Below, one piece after another: positions 50,619 through 63,646 of a stretch of 64,000 bases of DNA. The notes under the pieces were generated by a model. That model was not told where the DNA came from. It was given only the letters and a program-made list of their open reading frames with translations, and ran no database searches. Source of the stretch: Phoronis australis (Eukaryota; Animalia; Phoronida); assembly GCA_002633005.1 (NCBI GenBank), contig NMRA01000081.1:881184-945183 (forward strand), given 5' to 3'. Position 1 is the stretch's first letter. Every line of letters starts with the position of its first letter. Made by a program: the position numbers and the translations under genes.

Positions 50619-53600
50619 ATGGTTTGTATTGTTTTGTGCTAAAGTACTGTTTCGTTGTCTTGTCCAGACTGATCTCTTAATGTTGAATGAGACAGAAATT
50701 GCTTACTAACAAAAACATAATTATACAATTTGCCATCTGATATGCCTTCTTCCATCCACAGGCGTCCTCAGCTTCTGATTGTCCCCAATACACTACATAT
50801 AATACTACAAGGTATGACACTTCCGACTAGAAATTCCACGGTTGCTTCACTTCAGCCCTTCATAGCTAACATAAAACTCAATAAATTTACACAAAACAAG
50901 ACTGTAGTGAGACGTTATTTGACTGGTCTCACTGATGCGCTGGCCTTCAGCCGCGCGCGCTCTCTATCGGCATTGGAAGATGACTGTTGTTCGTCTTTGA
51001 GACTGCCGACGTTGGCTGTCCGGCCCATATGCCGGTAATGGCCAATGAGGGCGCATCATGAATATTAATTAAGCGGCCCTGCGGCTGATACACATGTATG
51101 GATGCAGAGCGGCATTCGATATCCAGACCACACTCCTAAGCAGAACTATTGAGCTCGACCACGGACAACTAAGATGTAAGGTAAGACACCTTGAAAAATC
51201 ACTACAAGACTTCAACAAACCATTGGCAATTGTTCTTTCTTCCAATACCATTCGTGGTATCCTGTTTCGGCGACTTCGTAAGAAATTCGCAGTCAAAGAA
51301 CAAAAATGTTCACAAAAAGCCTAAACACACTTCCATCTTGGACGGCTCGAGGTCAAGGACGGTACGGAAATTGACAGTTTGTCGTGTAAAGTCACGATGT
51401 CGATAACGCCGTCCATCCGTAAGCTGAGGACGCCTGTGCTTCCATCTGGTAATAGACGGTGACCACCGTCGCTAGCTGACTAGAAAGGGGGTAGCTCCTG
51501 TAGGTGCTTCATGTGCTGGAAGATTTTCGGTGAGTTATGCCTCACACTGACTGAAACATCAAAGTCACATTGTTAGAAATACCTTTCACACATAGAGGGA
51601 CACCTTAGGAGGCCGTTGATGTATTTAATTGAATTTAATTCCTTCAAATTGAAGAAATACTCCCGTTATCAAACTTTTCCAGCAAGCAATCTCTCGTTCA
51701 GTTCCAAAAATCGGAAACTCGCCATTTTTAACACTGCATGCGGTAGGTGGTATGACGTCATATCCCCTGACGTGTGCAGTGTAAAAATGGCCAGTAACCG
51801 ATTTTGGGAACTGAACGAGGGAGTGCTTGCAGAGAAAGTTTGATAACAGGAGTATTTCTTCGACTTGGAAGGAATTAAAGACATCGACGGCCTCCTAATG
51901 TGTTCCTCAATGTGCAAAAGTTATGTATAGCAACATGGCTTTGTTGTTTTAGTCAGTGTGAGGCCTAATTTGCCGAATAGCTTCTTGCGTATGAAGTTCC
52001 TATAGGAGCTACACCGTCTCTAGTTTCATCCCCTAAGTAACAGGGCTGTTATTCAGTGATTGCCAGGTTCTCTTAATAAGGGTCCATTATATCCGAATAG
52101 TGCCAAGGCAAATAATATCTGACACAAAGTTAAATCATTAAAAACTACAGTCTTATGTGAGTAAACTAAAATAGTTAAGGATTCTTAAAATAAATATTGC
52201 ACTTCTACTCATATCCTGCTCCTAAATTTATGGAGTGGTTAAGATGCACCATTAAAAATAAGCACTTACATTGCCTTGTACACCGCAGGCCTACAGGCTA
52301 AACTAGATACGTAACCGTCTGTATTGATAGACACGCTCCACAAGGTTCTTAAACAGTGGAACACAATTTTGCCCAAATGGTGCTCGGAAAAATCGTACAT
52401 TTGGTAATTACAAGGTCTGAATGAAGCAAAATATAGTACCAGTTCCCAAGCAAAACAGAAAAAGTCATTTAAAGAAACAAGTTGGCAGTATATGTAAAAA
52501 TATCAACATTTTCCAAACACATGTCTTGCTCTCGACGCCATCTTGTCACTGAGTTTATACTGTCTTAAGTTGATGTGATTTGTGAAAAGATATCAACAGT
52601 TAACTTCATGACCTAATTTTACTTGAATGCCATTGGTTGATTTAGAAACGAGGCCAACCCTCGAAATCTTAATCAGGCCTAAGCGGAAACGGACGTCGAA
52701 GTCACCGTTTTGGAGGTGGTCTTTTTTTACCAACAAATTTCTTTAATTTTGGGTTGCTAATTCTCGTGCAGGAAGCATGAAAAGAACAGAGAGTGATCAG
52801 TTTACTATCCAAGTATGTTTTTAAACTGTTGTGAAGGTTGCACATTTCACATTTCGTCAAATTTCTTTGACAACTGCCGTTGGCAAAAAGCATCAAGCAA
52901 AGCCAACACTTTTGATTAGCAGTGGTTTGTGTCTGGCCTAAAGAGGCTATAGTACACCCCATAAAATGTTACTCATCTCAAAATACAATGAAAAACATTG
53001 AATGATGCATGTATGTATCAGGGCTTGGAATTTTCCGTGGAAACGCGGATTTCCGCTTTTTTCAAATGTGCTTTCCGCTTTTTTTTATAATATTCCCGCG
53101 TAAAAAAATTGGATTTGATATAAAATTTCCGCGGCAAATTCCTTTCTTACAGCGGCGTTGCAGACGACGTTCACCTCGAAAAGCGGAAGTTGCTCTTTAT
53201 GTTTCGGAGGAACGTAAATTGTTAACATTGCCGGGGCATCTGGGACAGCGTGGTGAGAATATCAATGGCTTCTCATGTTATTGTTAAGCGCGGCGACAAA
53301 TACTACTGCTCTGCAGCCAAAAATGTGTGGGTTGGGAGTGGACGGGCGAGCTAAAAGGACGCAGACGCATGCTACTGATGGTGGTAACGTTTTTTTTTTA
53401 GTAATCCCGATTTTTGTCGGGGAAAGGTTAACATTGACCATTTCAAGGCTGGTTATCGGGCATGATTTGGGCCGTAAATGTTTCAAAGTTTCCGCGTTTT
53501 TTGTCATTGGTCATTCCAAGCCCTGATGTATACACATTTAGTTGTAATTAACACATACCATGACTGGGGACAATTTGGTCAACATAATTTGAACATATCC

Positions 53601-56600
53601 ATGAAAATCTCGTGGCTCTCTCGAGCTTCGCTCATCAGGTGTCATTTTGAGGAAGTTACGCGAAATCACGACAGTTGACAAACAAAAAGTTCAAGAGACA
53701 ATGCTTACAAATTGTACCGGATATGTTCCCATCCTATTTTTTGCAAGTGTCATATGCCAGGTCACGCTTTGCTCAGTCTGGCGCTTGTCCTTGCCTAACT
53801 CACGTGACATCAGTTATACTTTGTGGTCATCGCGCGCACAGAAAAAGTTAGCAGTGGCCACAAAAGTGTTGTTGGAACTCTTCACCAAAGTGATCTTAAT
53901 TTCCATAGCCGTGTTTCATAGAGGATATGTAAAGAATCAGAAAGGGTCACTGAAGAAAACAAGCGCATTGTTAAGTGGCAATTTTATGTGTTAAATGTAT
54001 TTTTGACTTGGTGAAAACCTAATATTCGGTGAGCGTATTTGGCCTACTGCCTATATAAAATACACGAGTGAGATTAGTACAGTAACAGATTGCTGGTAGC
54101 TACCTCAGGTTAGATTCTGCTTGGCCTGTGGTGGGGATCATGTTATGACTTATTCCTCCTAATCAAAGGTCAGGCAGGATATAATTTTGACGTACTGTGT
54201 TTCAAATCCATAAGGTTACAACATGCACTACCGTATTCGCCGTAATAACCGCCCATGCCCCTATAAGCGCCCCCCCACGCGTTTTCAGACTTTGATGAAA
54301 TAAGCGCCCAGTCCATGAACGTGTACACGGGAACAATGACGTACCTACAGTCCTAAAACTCGGCTACAGTAACGTCTTCAATTTTTCAAAAAAGTTTTGC
54401 ACGGGTCTTCTAGACCAGCGGCACTGCTACGTTTGTATTTAGCCGTGACTTTACACTTCAAAGTAACGCAGCGCTTCAAAAAGAACGCAACAGCGTTGCT
54501 ACTCTCTCGCGACGACCGTGTCCCACTCTATGGTCTGACCTTTCAGTAGACACATCGACTGTCTTATGAATAAAAATAACTCGCTGTTAAACGCACGTGG
54601 CCAGGAAGCGCGCGCGCTACATACATGAACCTGTCATCAAAGACATTAGTCGGGAATTTTACATTCATGAAACGGGTAGCATAGCATCGACAAGAAATGA
54701 ATATTGGCACTAATTTCCGACAATTTCTAATACTACAAAACATGTTAGCGTTATTTTTGAGATGTATTGTTTGATTAACCATAATTGGTGTTTTTAAGCC
54801 GAACATCCGATAAAGTGACAACTGACAGTGAATGCTTACACACCCTTACACCGAAAAATAGCTGTCAGATAGTTATACGTACGTACGCATCCAGCTACAC
54901 GGCGACTAATATGGGCCTTTCCGAGACAAATGTCGAAAGTTTTTAGCACGAGACCGGCAAGTGCTGAATGAAACACGCTCTGGTTTAGGCCTACTGCCTG
55001 TGCAAATTTCTTTAGACACATCTAGCTAGTTAGATTGCGTGCCTCTGGCCAAAAGACGGTCTCTGCTTTGGCAAATGAACTCAGGTGACACGCACGCGCT
55101 CGCTTATTCGCAGACGAACTTCAAAACAAACGTCACGTGACAACAACATGTTTGTTCGTCCAGACATTTTTCTCGCCGTGTTACCGATCATACATGTAGA
55201 TGCACAGATTTGTACTTAAACCTGCCGTTAATCCAGACTCCACGGGAACTTAAAAAATCTTAGAGGTGCTACTTATAAAACTTAATGAGGATTTCAGGTA
55301 ATTTGCTTGAGTCAAAACCATTTTTATTCAAGCATTGAAATCGCCATATCGAAGACGGCGATTTCGAGGCAGTCAGTCGGCGAGTTTTCGCCCTGGAATT
55401 TCAGCACAATTTTCTGTAAAATGGTCGTAATTTAGCTGCAAAGTTTGATAGCAATGCACCACAGTTTTGTTGAAAGTCTTTCATAGATTACATATACGTC
55501 ACAGAGCGTAAATTTTATGAATCTTAGCTTCCGATTTCACCCGTTTCAGAGACCGGGTTTCAACCGCCTTGGGTTATAATAAGCGCCCCCCCTGAACCGA
55601 ACATTTCTAAGCGCGCTGGGCGGTTATTACAGCGAATACGGTATCTCATAGTACTGCTGAAAGCATTTAACTGTCACTATACTGGACTCGCGCTCTCCAT
55701 GAGGAGGGTAAACAACGGGAGCTGTCTTGAGCGTTGTCACACACGCAGGTGAGTAGCAGCTAGAAGTTGACATCAAGTGAAGATGAGAGCTTGATGGAGC
55801 TGCAAATATCTGAGATGTTGATGAAAATGCAAAAAAATTGTACTGTTTCAAATATTAAGGATTTTGCCAACTTAGTAACTGAACCAAGGAGCTGAATGTG
55901 AACTTGTGATTCAGAAGTTTTGACACCAAGCGTTTGCAGGGAATTTTTTTTCTGATTTCTTGGTATCGGACAAAATGTCACTGAATATTTTAGCCTGCAA
56001 CCAGGAAAAAGAAGAAGTTCATTGACAAAAAGAATGCAGTGACGTTTCATCTTGTACACAGAAGTCAGAAGGACCCGTTACAAGCTGATGAAGAAGCTGG
56101 ACAGAGAGTACTTCTGCCACACGAGGCGGCTTCACTAACAGTATGTCTATTTCTTTTTCATTTTCTTAGGCTCGTCAATGCCTTCCTCTGATTTCTATGA
56201 GCAATCCATTCTCTGTGTGTTCCTTCCTGATATGCCTTTAAGTTATGAGGGAATACATAGATGCAAAAACCAGTTAGTGCTATGACTGTAGTCTTGTAGC
56301 AAATGCAGAATGTGAACTGAGGCCCCTCAGGTGACATTCTGCAGTCCACATTATTGTATACTACTGTCTCTTCCTGTATTTGTGCCATTGTATTCATCTT
56401 TTTTATTAAGACACTAGTCACTTACATGGATCCCGGATTTTGAGGACCAGTTGGATGCCTTTTATTCAGTGCAGGAAAATTGTTCTTAAAATCCGGGACC
56501 CTGTAATTGGCTGTTATCGTTATTAGTTTTGTTAACTTCTTGGCAATGTCCCATAGGATTGATTTTAGAGCCAGTAAATATTGTCTTAAGAGCAGTCTTC

Positions 56601-59600
56601 TTCCTGACTTAAATTGCAATGGCTGTCTGCACCGCCAGATAATGATAACAAATTGTGCAACCAATATTCACACTTTATGCGACTGACGTCTATTCAATCA
56701 CATGGTCCAAGACTTGTGTATGCATAAATATCAACTGGGCAATGTCAGTACTGCATCTCATTGTTTTGGCAAAATGGCTTTGGCCTACAGCTGTTTCTTG
56801 TTCTTGCATTATTAGAAACAGTGAAATAAACCTTGTTCAACTGTTTGAAAATTTCTATTTTCATAAAAAATTAGCTGCTGGTGATGGTGATGGTATTGGT
56901 GATGGTGTTTTTGATGGTGTTAACTGCTCTTGTATATTGTTATTATCCTCTAATCTTTAGTCAACTGCTGAAAAGCGCAGAGAAGAGCAACAAAAATATG
57001 GTGTGTTCTTCGATGATGACTACAACTATATGCAGCACTTACGAGACGTCGATGAACTCTACCAGGTGGAGCCACTCGAGTATTCAGCACCAGCCGCGGC
57101 TGAGGTAAGAGACATCATCAACTACCATTTAAACAATTTTATAAGGAGCCTTATGGAGTGACTTCATCTCTTAAGTGAGTTGTCACAATAGCATTCAGTG
57201 CCATCTAGTGTGGACATTTTCAAAGTAGAGTGATGAGGGATTCTGAAAATGGTTCTAACCTGTCTTACATTGTTATTCACACGTGACCATGCTTTTTGAT
57301 TTTCATTTTGAGAAGTGCACGTTTTTCACCTGAAGCTGACTTTCTGTGTCATTTGACGCCCCTAAACTAAATAGCAAATTCACTTTATTGGTGTGTCACC
57401 TTGGACACAGTTTTTATAACAAGAAATAAAGTTAATGATAGGAGAAACTTCGATTCATTTCTTGATTTTGTTCCTGCATTTCCAACTGTATGGATAAAAG
57501 TTTGGCCAGTCTTGTCTTATTTTTTGTATCAAAAGACTGTGTCATTCTGTCCAAATGTAACAGTTTCTAGACTGTTATCATGGAGCCCAGTGTTTGGAAA
57601 GTTAGAACGAACAGTGGGTACAGAGCAACTTGAAACACTGACCTTGTTGATACCCGTTTCCAAAATTACACACATCAGTGCTGGAAGCTTAGCCTGATGT
57701 CTGGTCGCCAAATGTGACTCGCTAAAATGGCAGGCTGAAGCAAACGAAATCTGAGGTCACCACAATAGACTTTGAAGTCATCGACCAAAGAAGAAGAAAA
57801 ACGTCATGCCGCACTCCATTCTCGAACAATTACTCATACCTCTTCCACATCTCCTCACAAGAAATATGCACCATTCAAATCAATCTGCTGCTGGCAAAGA
57901 ACACAGACCATTGGATACACTGGACGTGCATGTTTCATGGTCTGATCTTGCCCAACTTTTGCCGAACAATTCCGACTTCCACCTGTTCACTTCCTGTTAC
58001 GTAAGTGCGTGTTTGAAGTTTTGCTGGCTGCTGAGGATGGCAAATGCACTGATTTCACGAAATAAACGGAACAATTGTGAACGAAAGGAATTTAGTTTTT
58101 AGGTGTGGCAACTTCATGGTGACTTTTCCCAGTTCTCAAAACACAATCTGAAGTCGCATTGGCCAAATCGAGCACTGTATATACATAATTATCCAAAAAG
58201 CTGCATGGTTTAAACGTTACCCCCATACCTTGGTTGCAAGTCAAAATATACAGAACTCAGTTCATGATTATACAAATGTTTGCTAAGTGTTTTTCCCATA
58301 AATGAATTGTTAGAGCCAAGTACAGGAAAAATCAAAACACCAGCAAAAACTGAGACTCACATGCACGCACGCACACATGAAAGTATTGGTTTACGCTGTA
58401 TTATGTTTCATGACAAAAATTTTTGCTTTCAGCCGAGGATCCACTTGCCGTCGTCTGTTTTTGGATCAACCACTGAAACAGATATCGGGTTGTTAAACAA
58501 GGCTGTACCACTCAAAGGTAACCTTTGTTTGTCTTCATAACAGCTCTTTGATTCTTTGTTGTTGGTACAGGCTTCACACACATTTGAACTCTTCAATTTC
58601 TCCTACTCTCCTTCAAAATCCTTGAATTTAAACTTGTTATTGAAAGTTGAGGGAAAGCAGCCATTTTAATTGTTACCTATTAAAAGTAAAGATCCTGATA
58701 GTTGCTATTCCATTGGCGTGATTTACTATTTATGGGATAAAAGGAAGTGACGTAAATGGCTGAGCAGCTTTGTTCTGAATTCACTTCCATAGGCACGAAT
58801 GATCGCCACTGACTGTTCAATATTGAGTGGAACATTGTGTTTGTTCAATGGTAGTAAATGTAGGAGCTGGATACGGTCCTTTTGCTAATCAAGTCACTTT
58901 CTACTGTTGCATAGAGAGTGAATACATGCCAAGGAAATCACCTGGGTGGGGGAACACTAATTAACACCGAAAGATGCTTCTCCAAGAGAACCAGGGATTT
59001 ATATGCTTAGTGATCATAGCATGAAGTTGTTGTGTTCCCTTTGAAGACATGTAAATAATCATGTACTACACACTGGTCCTAACCAGGGCACTTAACAGTA
59101 AGAGATATATACCCTAAGCTGTCAAAAATTGTAGATTTGCTAATTTTGTGAACTGACCCAGTGGCCCACAGGCTCCATCCAAGTACTGCAAAACAATAAC
59201 AGTATTTTGTGGATTCTGATTTTCAAGCCGGCTGTTTTGGCTTCACAGCATCGGAAATGTGTGACTTAGTTAAAGCATTAGCTTCATTTGATGGTTGGCA
59301 ATGTTCACGCTGGTTATGTCTGAGAGATTAGTTTGAAGAAATGCACTCTGTGTTCATACTGATGCAGACTGGCTAGCATTAATTTAATATGAAACAGTGT
59401 GGAGTGTAATTACTTTCTCGCAATAACCATATTATGTATTTCAAGTGTAATGTGTGACAACTGTGTTTAAAGGACCCCAGCCTGACTGGGACCCAGATAT
59501 TGTGGCAGCGCTGGATGATGACTTCAACTTGGATGACCCAGATAACGTGTTAGAAGACGATTTCGTAATCCAAGCCAATCAGGATGGGTTTGGTGCTGAG

Positions 59601-62600
59601 GAAGAGGAGGAGGGCAGAAGTGATGACGGGTGGGTGTGAGTGATGTTGTTATTGGTGAGACTGTCCAGCACACAACCTTATGTTGTGACCATGGAGATGT
59701 GAGGCTATTAGCCTTTCTTGTCACTCCACTTTGTCCCTTGGATTTCTTTTCATCTAACCCCTGTAGGGGCAGTCTATGAGCTGCTGTGTGAAAACGTGTG
59801 TGGGCAGGGATACAGTAAACATAAAAGTATCAAACTCATTTGTTCATAGGAACAATTTGAGGAAGTTTTCTTGTTTTTTTACAAATGATTATTTTTATTT
59901 CTTTTTCAGTCAATTGTAATGAAAAGTTTGTTGATTCATTTGTTTTGAACATTGGTTACCACAAAGGTAGCAACATGTTTGATATATCGAAGATTTTGCG
60001 TTGTTTCTCCAGAAGTGAAGACTCCATCCAAGGCTTTGCATCAGATGAGGCTGATGTCGACGGTGAGATGTGGGACACGTTTGACCCGGACAACTTTGAC
60101 AGATTTGCAGACGAGGAGACAAAGTCGCGGTTCACTAACTACTCCATGTCTTCGTCAGTGATCAGGCGAAATAACGGCCTCACATTCTTGGATGACCAGT
60201 TTGAACATGTAAGACCAAAAAGGCTCATGATTGGTTCAGGTCTCCGCCTGACTCATTTCAAAACCCATGCCTCATTGTTTAAAGAAAAAATGCCCCCTGC
60301 ATCTCTTTTTGTGAAATTCTTTTTATTTTAAAAAGCCTCACAAACATTTCTGTTAACTGTATTTTTAAGGTAATGTAGGACCTTATCGGTGAGTCTGTAC
60401 ATTTAGCCTAAAATCTATAAAGCTCTAGCATGGCTGCCAACTTTTACGGATTTATTCGTATTCTACGTACTTTCGGGGTCTAAAAATCGCTACGTACGGA
60501 TTTTTAAATTTGCGGATTTTGAGCATTTATTTCTCTTCAAAAATCAGAATGATGAAATTAAAAAATATCTTTTAAATTGTCAGCATTTCAAAGCCCGAAA
60601 TCTTCAAAGATTGAGGCAGGAAGTACTGGAAAGTGACAGAAATTGTCGAGAATGCAAAATCCGACCAATAAGACGTATCCTCAGTATCAGAGTGTAGAAT
60701 GCGATTTGCATATGAAATTTCCCCTTTTTGTGATTGGCCAATTGGAGTTTTTGTGAAGGACTGACCAATGAAAAATGTGTTTACTTGGTTTTGCATTAAG
60801 GAAAATCGTGTGCTTTGGAATTCGTGTTAAGATGTTGAGGGAAATTTCAGAGATTAGTATACCAGTGAATTAGGTTAGAAAACGGGACTGAAATTAACCG
60901 GGTTTTATCATGCTGTCTTCAACGGTGAAAACCCTGACACCTGCAACACCGTTACGGATTAGGAATTACGAGATATCGAGATTTGCGGGTCGGTGTTAGT
61001 GTGGGAAGAAATCGATCACGCTGACAGCAAAAGCCGAAAACGTCAATGTGACGAGCTGAGTTGTTACGTAATTTTGCTTCTTTAGTTAATTACGATTTGA
61101 AATTGAAAAATGTTGATTTGGTGTGTATCGATCCATCTTGTACTTGAAATGAAATTGCGACTTTCTGAAAATGATGGAAATCATACAAGTTTCCATTTGT
61201 AAAGTATGGATGTTTAACACAAAGGTTACTTATTATGCCCTTAAAGGGTTGGCAGCCCTGCTATAGAATATAACTCGGCAAAAGTTTATATGTTCTAAAA
61301 GTAGAAATTATGTTGAAGTGGATTTTTGGCTTTATACCAATCTGCCATATTAATAAGGTCGTGTGCCTTTCCATTGTAAGGAAACAGTGGAACATTTTTA
61401 AAATGATTACTAACAAAATTTTGCATATTAGTGTATAAAGCATAGTCTTTGAAGGTTTCATGTGAATACAGTTCGCCATTTTGGAGATACGATGTTCCAT
61501 ACTTGGCCAAAATTGAACAGTTTTCTAGGGTCCTACTTATCTTTAATTGGCGTGGCAACTTTGCAATAACCGCCTCTTTCGTAACCTTAATTGATAAAGA
61601 ACAGGTTTTCAAAGGCAAGCAGTGCGTTTTGAGCTGCGATCAGCTCCACCCCCATAACCATGAGTAAATAAACTGAGCAATCGTGATTTGAAAACAGAAC
61701 TTTGTATGATAAATATTGAACTTGCACTTTGGGGTTTGAACAGTTATGCCAAAATTCTAAAATTTTATGCCATTTTACTGTGAATACTGCTGTCGTCTCT
61801 TTCTGGGCATCTGCCTTCTTCATCTACCTCTGTATGACATATTGCTTTACAAAAGAAAACTGCAGCACTTGTCAGTTTCAAGATGGATCGAAAACCACTA
61901 TCCTCCTAGTGCCATTTTATGTAACCATGTTATTTTGCCGACAGGTTTTGTTTAATGATCTTGCATTTAGTAAAATTAGACAGATTAATAGAGCATTCAT
62001 TGCCGCTATTTATTCTTTTGTCTGTCCAGTTGAGCAGGTTTCATGCCTGGACACTAGACACTATTTGATGTGGGTACATGGAATTGAACTGAGTTGGTGT
62101 CTGCCCTGTTGGTTTTAGATGTTTAAAGAATATGATGAAGATGAGATAGGTGCCTTAGACCACCAAGAGATAGATGGAAATATCCCTCAGAACAGCCACC
62201 TTCTCACTGATGCCATGGATGACTTTGAAACCAAATACTCATCACAAACGTGAGTTAAAATTTGCTATCTGTTGAGTGGTTCAAATTGGCAGCAATTCAA
62301 AGCGTGGTTATCAGTTTTTTAGTAAAACGACATCCTCTAACAGGTAGTGTTTAATTGATTTACTTGTTATTTTAACAATTTTTTGAATGCCTGTGTGTTG
62401 TTATACTGGGTTATCGGTCTTCCATTTCATAATGTCCCAGTACCTGGTTCTACAGTGTTCAAATTTGAGTCTTGTTATTGTGACAATGGTACACTTTCAT
62501 TGTAACGTGGAAAATGACAGTGTTATGGTTCCAAAAAAGCAACAAAAAAAAAACAAAAAATGGCCACCATGCACCTGATTTCAACGAAATGCAATATGCC

Positions 62601-63279
62601 TTGAGCTGTTAATGGGACATATGTTGTGTGTGAATATCATGTCAGTTGGATGCGGAAATGTAACCAAAAAACAAACTTGATGGACTTGTAAGATATTTTG
62701 CTTTCACCAAGTTATGAGCCTTTATCCCACTTTATGTTGGTGATAATCACAAGAATAGTGAAGTCATCAATTTCTTTATTTTCTAGTGATGTCAGTCCCA
62801 AATTTTACTTGATGGTCACACATTATCCTGTCTAATAGGCGTGTTGAGCGCAAGGCTTTGCCGATCAAATTGGAGCTCTGCACCTATATGTAACTATGTA
62901 GTAATTTCATGCAAAAATATTTATATCAGTTAAATTTTGCTACACAAAAAATATTTCTCTCACACAAGCCTATTTATTTGTGGAATGAAAATTTTCCTCT
63001 TTTTTGTCATTGGTCATTCCAAGCCCTGGTAGTTACTGGTACAAACTTTCTTCAGTTGACCTTGAAATGTTAAGTCAGTTATGAGTCTTTTCTAGTTCTC
63101 CATTTAGAGATATAGTGTTCAGAGTTGTCATTTCTACCTCAGGACATTGAAGGAGGTGGTCAAGAAAACTGACAGCATAGACATTGCTAGTGACTCGGAA
63201 AGTGACCACAGTGAACAGATGGTGAAAATGGTGCTTGAAGAAAAACCGGAGAAGGCCTGGGATTGTGAGTCTATACTAA
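50619..63279 (+). CDS. LTV1: Protein LTV1 homolog (40S ribosome biogenesis factor), 3' end outside the window
   Basis: The first coding exon is inferred to end in ATG (aaacATG|gtttgt, 50619-50621; less certain). Then 55994-56140 (KKKFIDKKNAVTFHLVHRSQKDPL), 56961-57104 (EQQKYGVFFDDDYNYMQHL), 58433-58517 (LPSSVF..E...GLLNKA), 59473-59635 or -59629 (GP.PD.DPDIVAALDDDF..DDPDN.LEDDF), 60013-60208 (EETKSRFTNYSMSSSVIRRN..LT.LD..FE), 62119-62249 (YDEDEIGALD), 63143-63279 (WDCESIL). Phases are consistent. Confidence 0.92.
50757..51438. mobile_element. Non-autonomous DNA transposon (P- or hAT-type), 18-bp TIRs, perfect 8-bp TSD
   Basis: TIRs cacaggcgtcctcagctt / aagctgaggacgcctgtg. TSD cttccatc at 50749-50756 and 51439-51446. 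Confidence 0.9.
51480..52023. mobile_element. About 540-bp long imperfect palindrome (fold-back MITE)
   Basis: The arms are reverse complements throughout (gtagctcctgtagg/cctataggagctac; ttatcaaactttt/aaagtttgataa; cgttcagttcc/ggaactgaacg), centred on tatgacgtcata at 51751-51762. Confidence 0.85.
53019..53525. mobile_element. hAT-like MITE, 13-bp TIR CAGGGCTTGGAAT
   Basis: Perfect TIRs, with atgtat on both flanks. A second right-end copy lies at about 62990-63028. Confidence 0.75.
54231..55641. mobile_element. Tc1/mariner (pogo-like) non-autonomous element with TA TSD
   Basis: ta|ccgtattcgccgtaataaccgccca ... tgggcggttattacagcgaatacgg|ta, with subterminal taagcgccc repeats. No transposase ORF seen. 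Confidence 0.85.
57676..58177. mobile_element. hAT-like MITE (cagtgct...agcactg)
   Basis: Short TIRs and homology to the inverted copy at about 48410-48880. TSD is not clear. Confidence 0.5.
60429..61260. mobile_element. hAT-like MITE, TIR CA(T/G)GGCTGCCAAC
   Basis: catggctgccaac ... gttggcagccctg, with subterminal tacgga repeats and flanks ctctag / ctatag. Confidence 0.7.
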
Positions 63280-63646
63280 GTAAGTGGCCAGTAGGTTCCA
63301 TCTCGAGAAGGCCTTGGACTGTTCGGCCATAGCAGTATATGCCATCTGTCAGATAATGAAATGTTATATCGGAACATTTGTGCAAGCCTTATTTTGGGAT
63401 GAGACAATTTGTGCTTTGGAGCTTTGTGCAAAGTGTCATAATAAACAGACGGATGGTTGCCACGAACGCATGCAGGCCGCACCCACCACAGTTACGGTTG
63501 CTATGGTCCTACAAGCAGAAAAAATGTCTTTTGCAAGCATACTACATTAATAGGTCCTCTGCATTGTGTTGTTAATCATATTTCACCGAAACTGTTACCA
63601 CGGAGTGCCACATTGTCGAAATGGGTCTTGGGCTAGTAAACTAATA

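Noticed and set aside
52266-52541. Selenoprotein reading (TGT-TGA, Cys-Sec) of the minus-strand frame
   Set aside because: I recognised no SECIS element and no similarity to known selenoprotein families. A uORF stop or chance is more parsimonious.
54231-55641. Autonomous transposase inside the 1.4-kb mariner-like element
   Set aside because: Only short ORFs (85 aa or less), with no DDE/D or HTH motifs.
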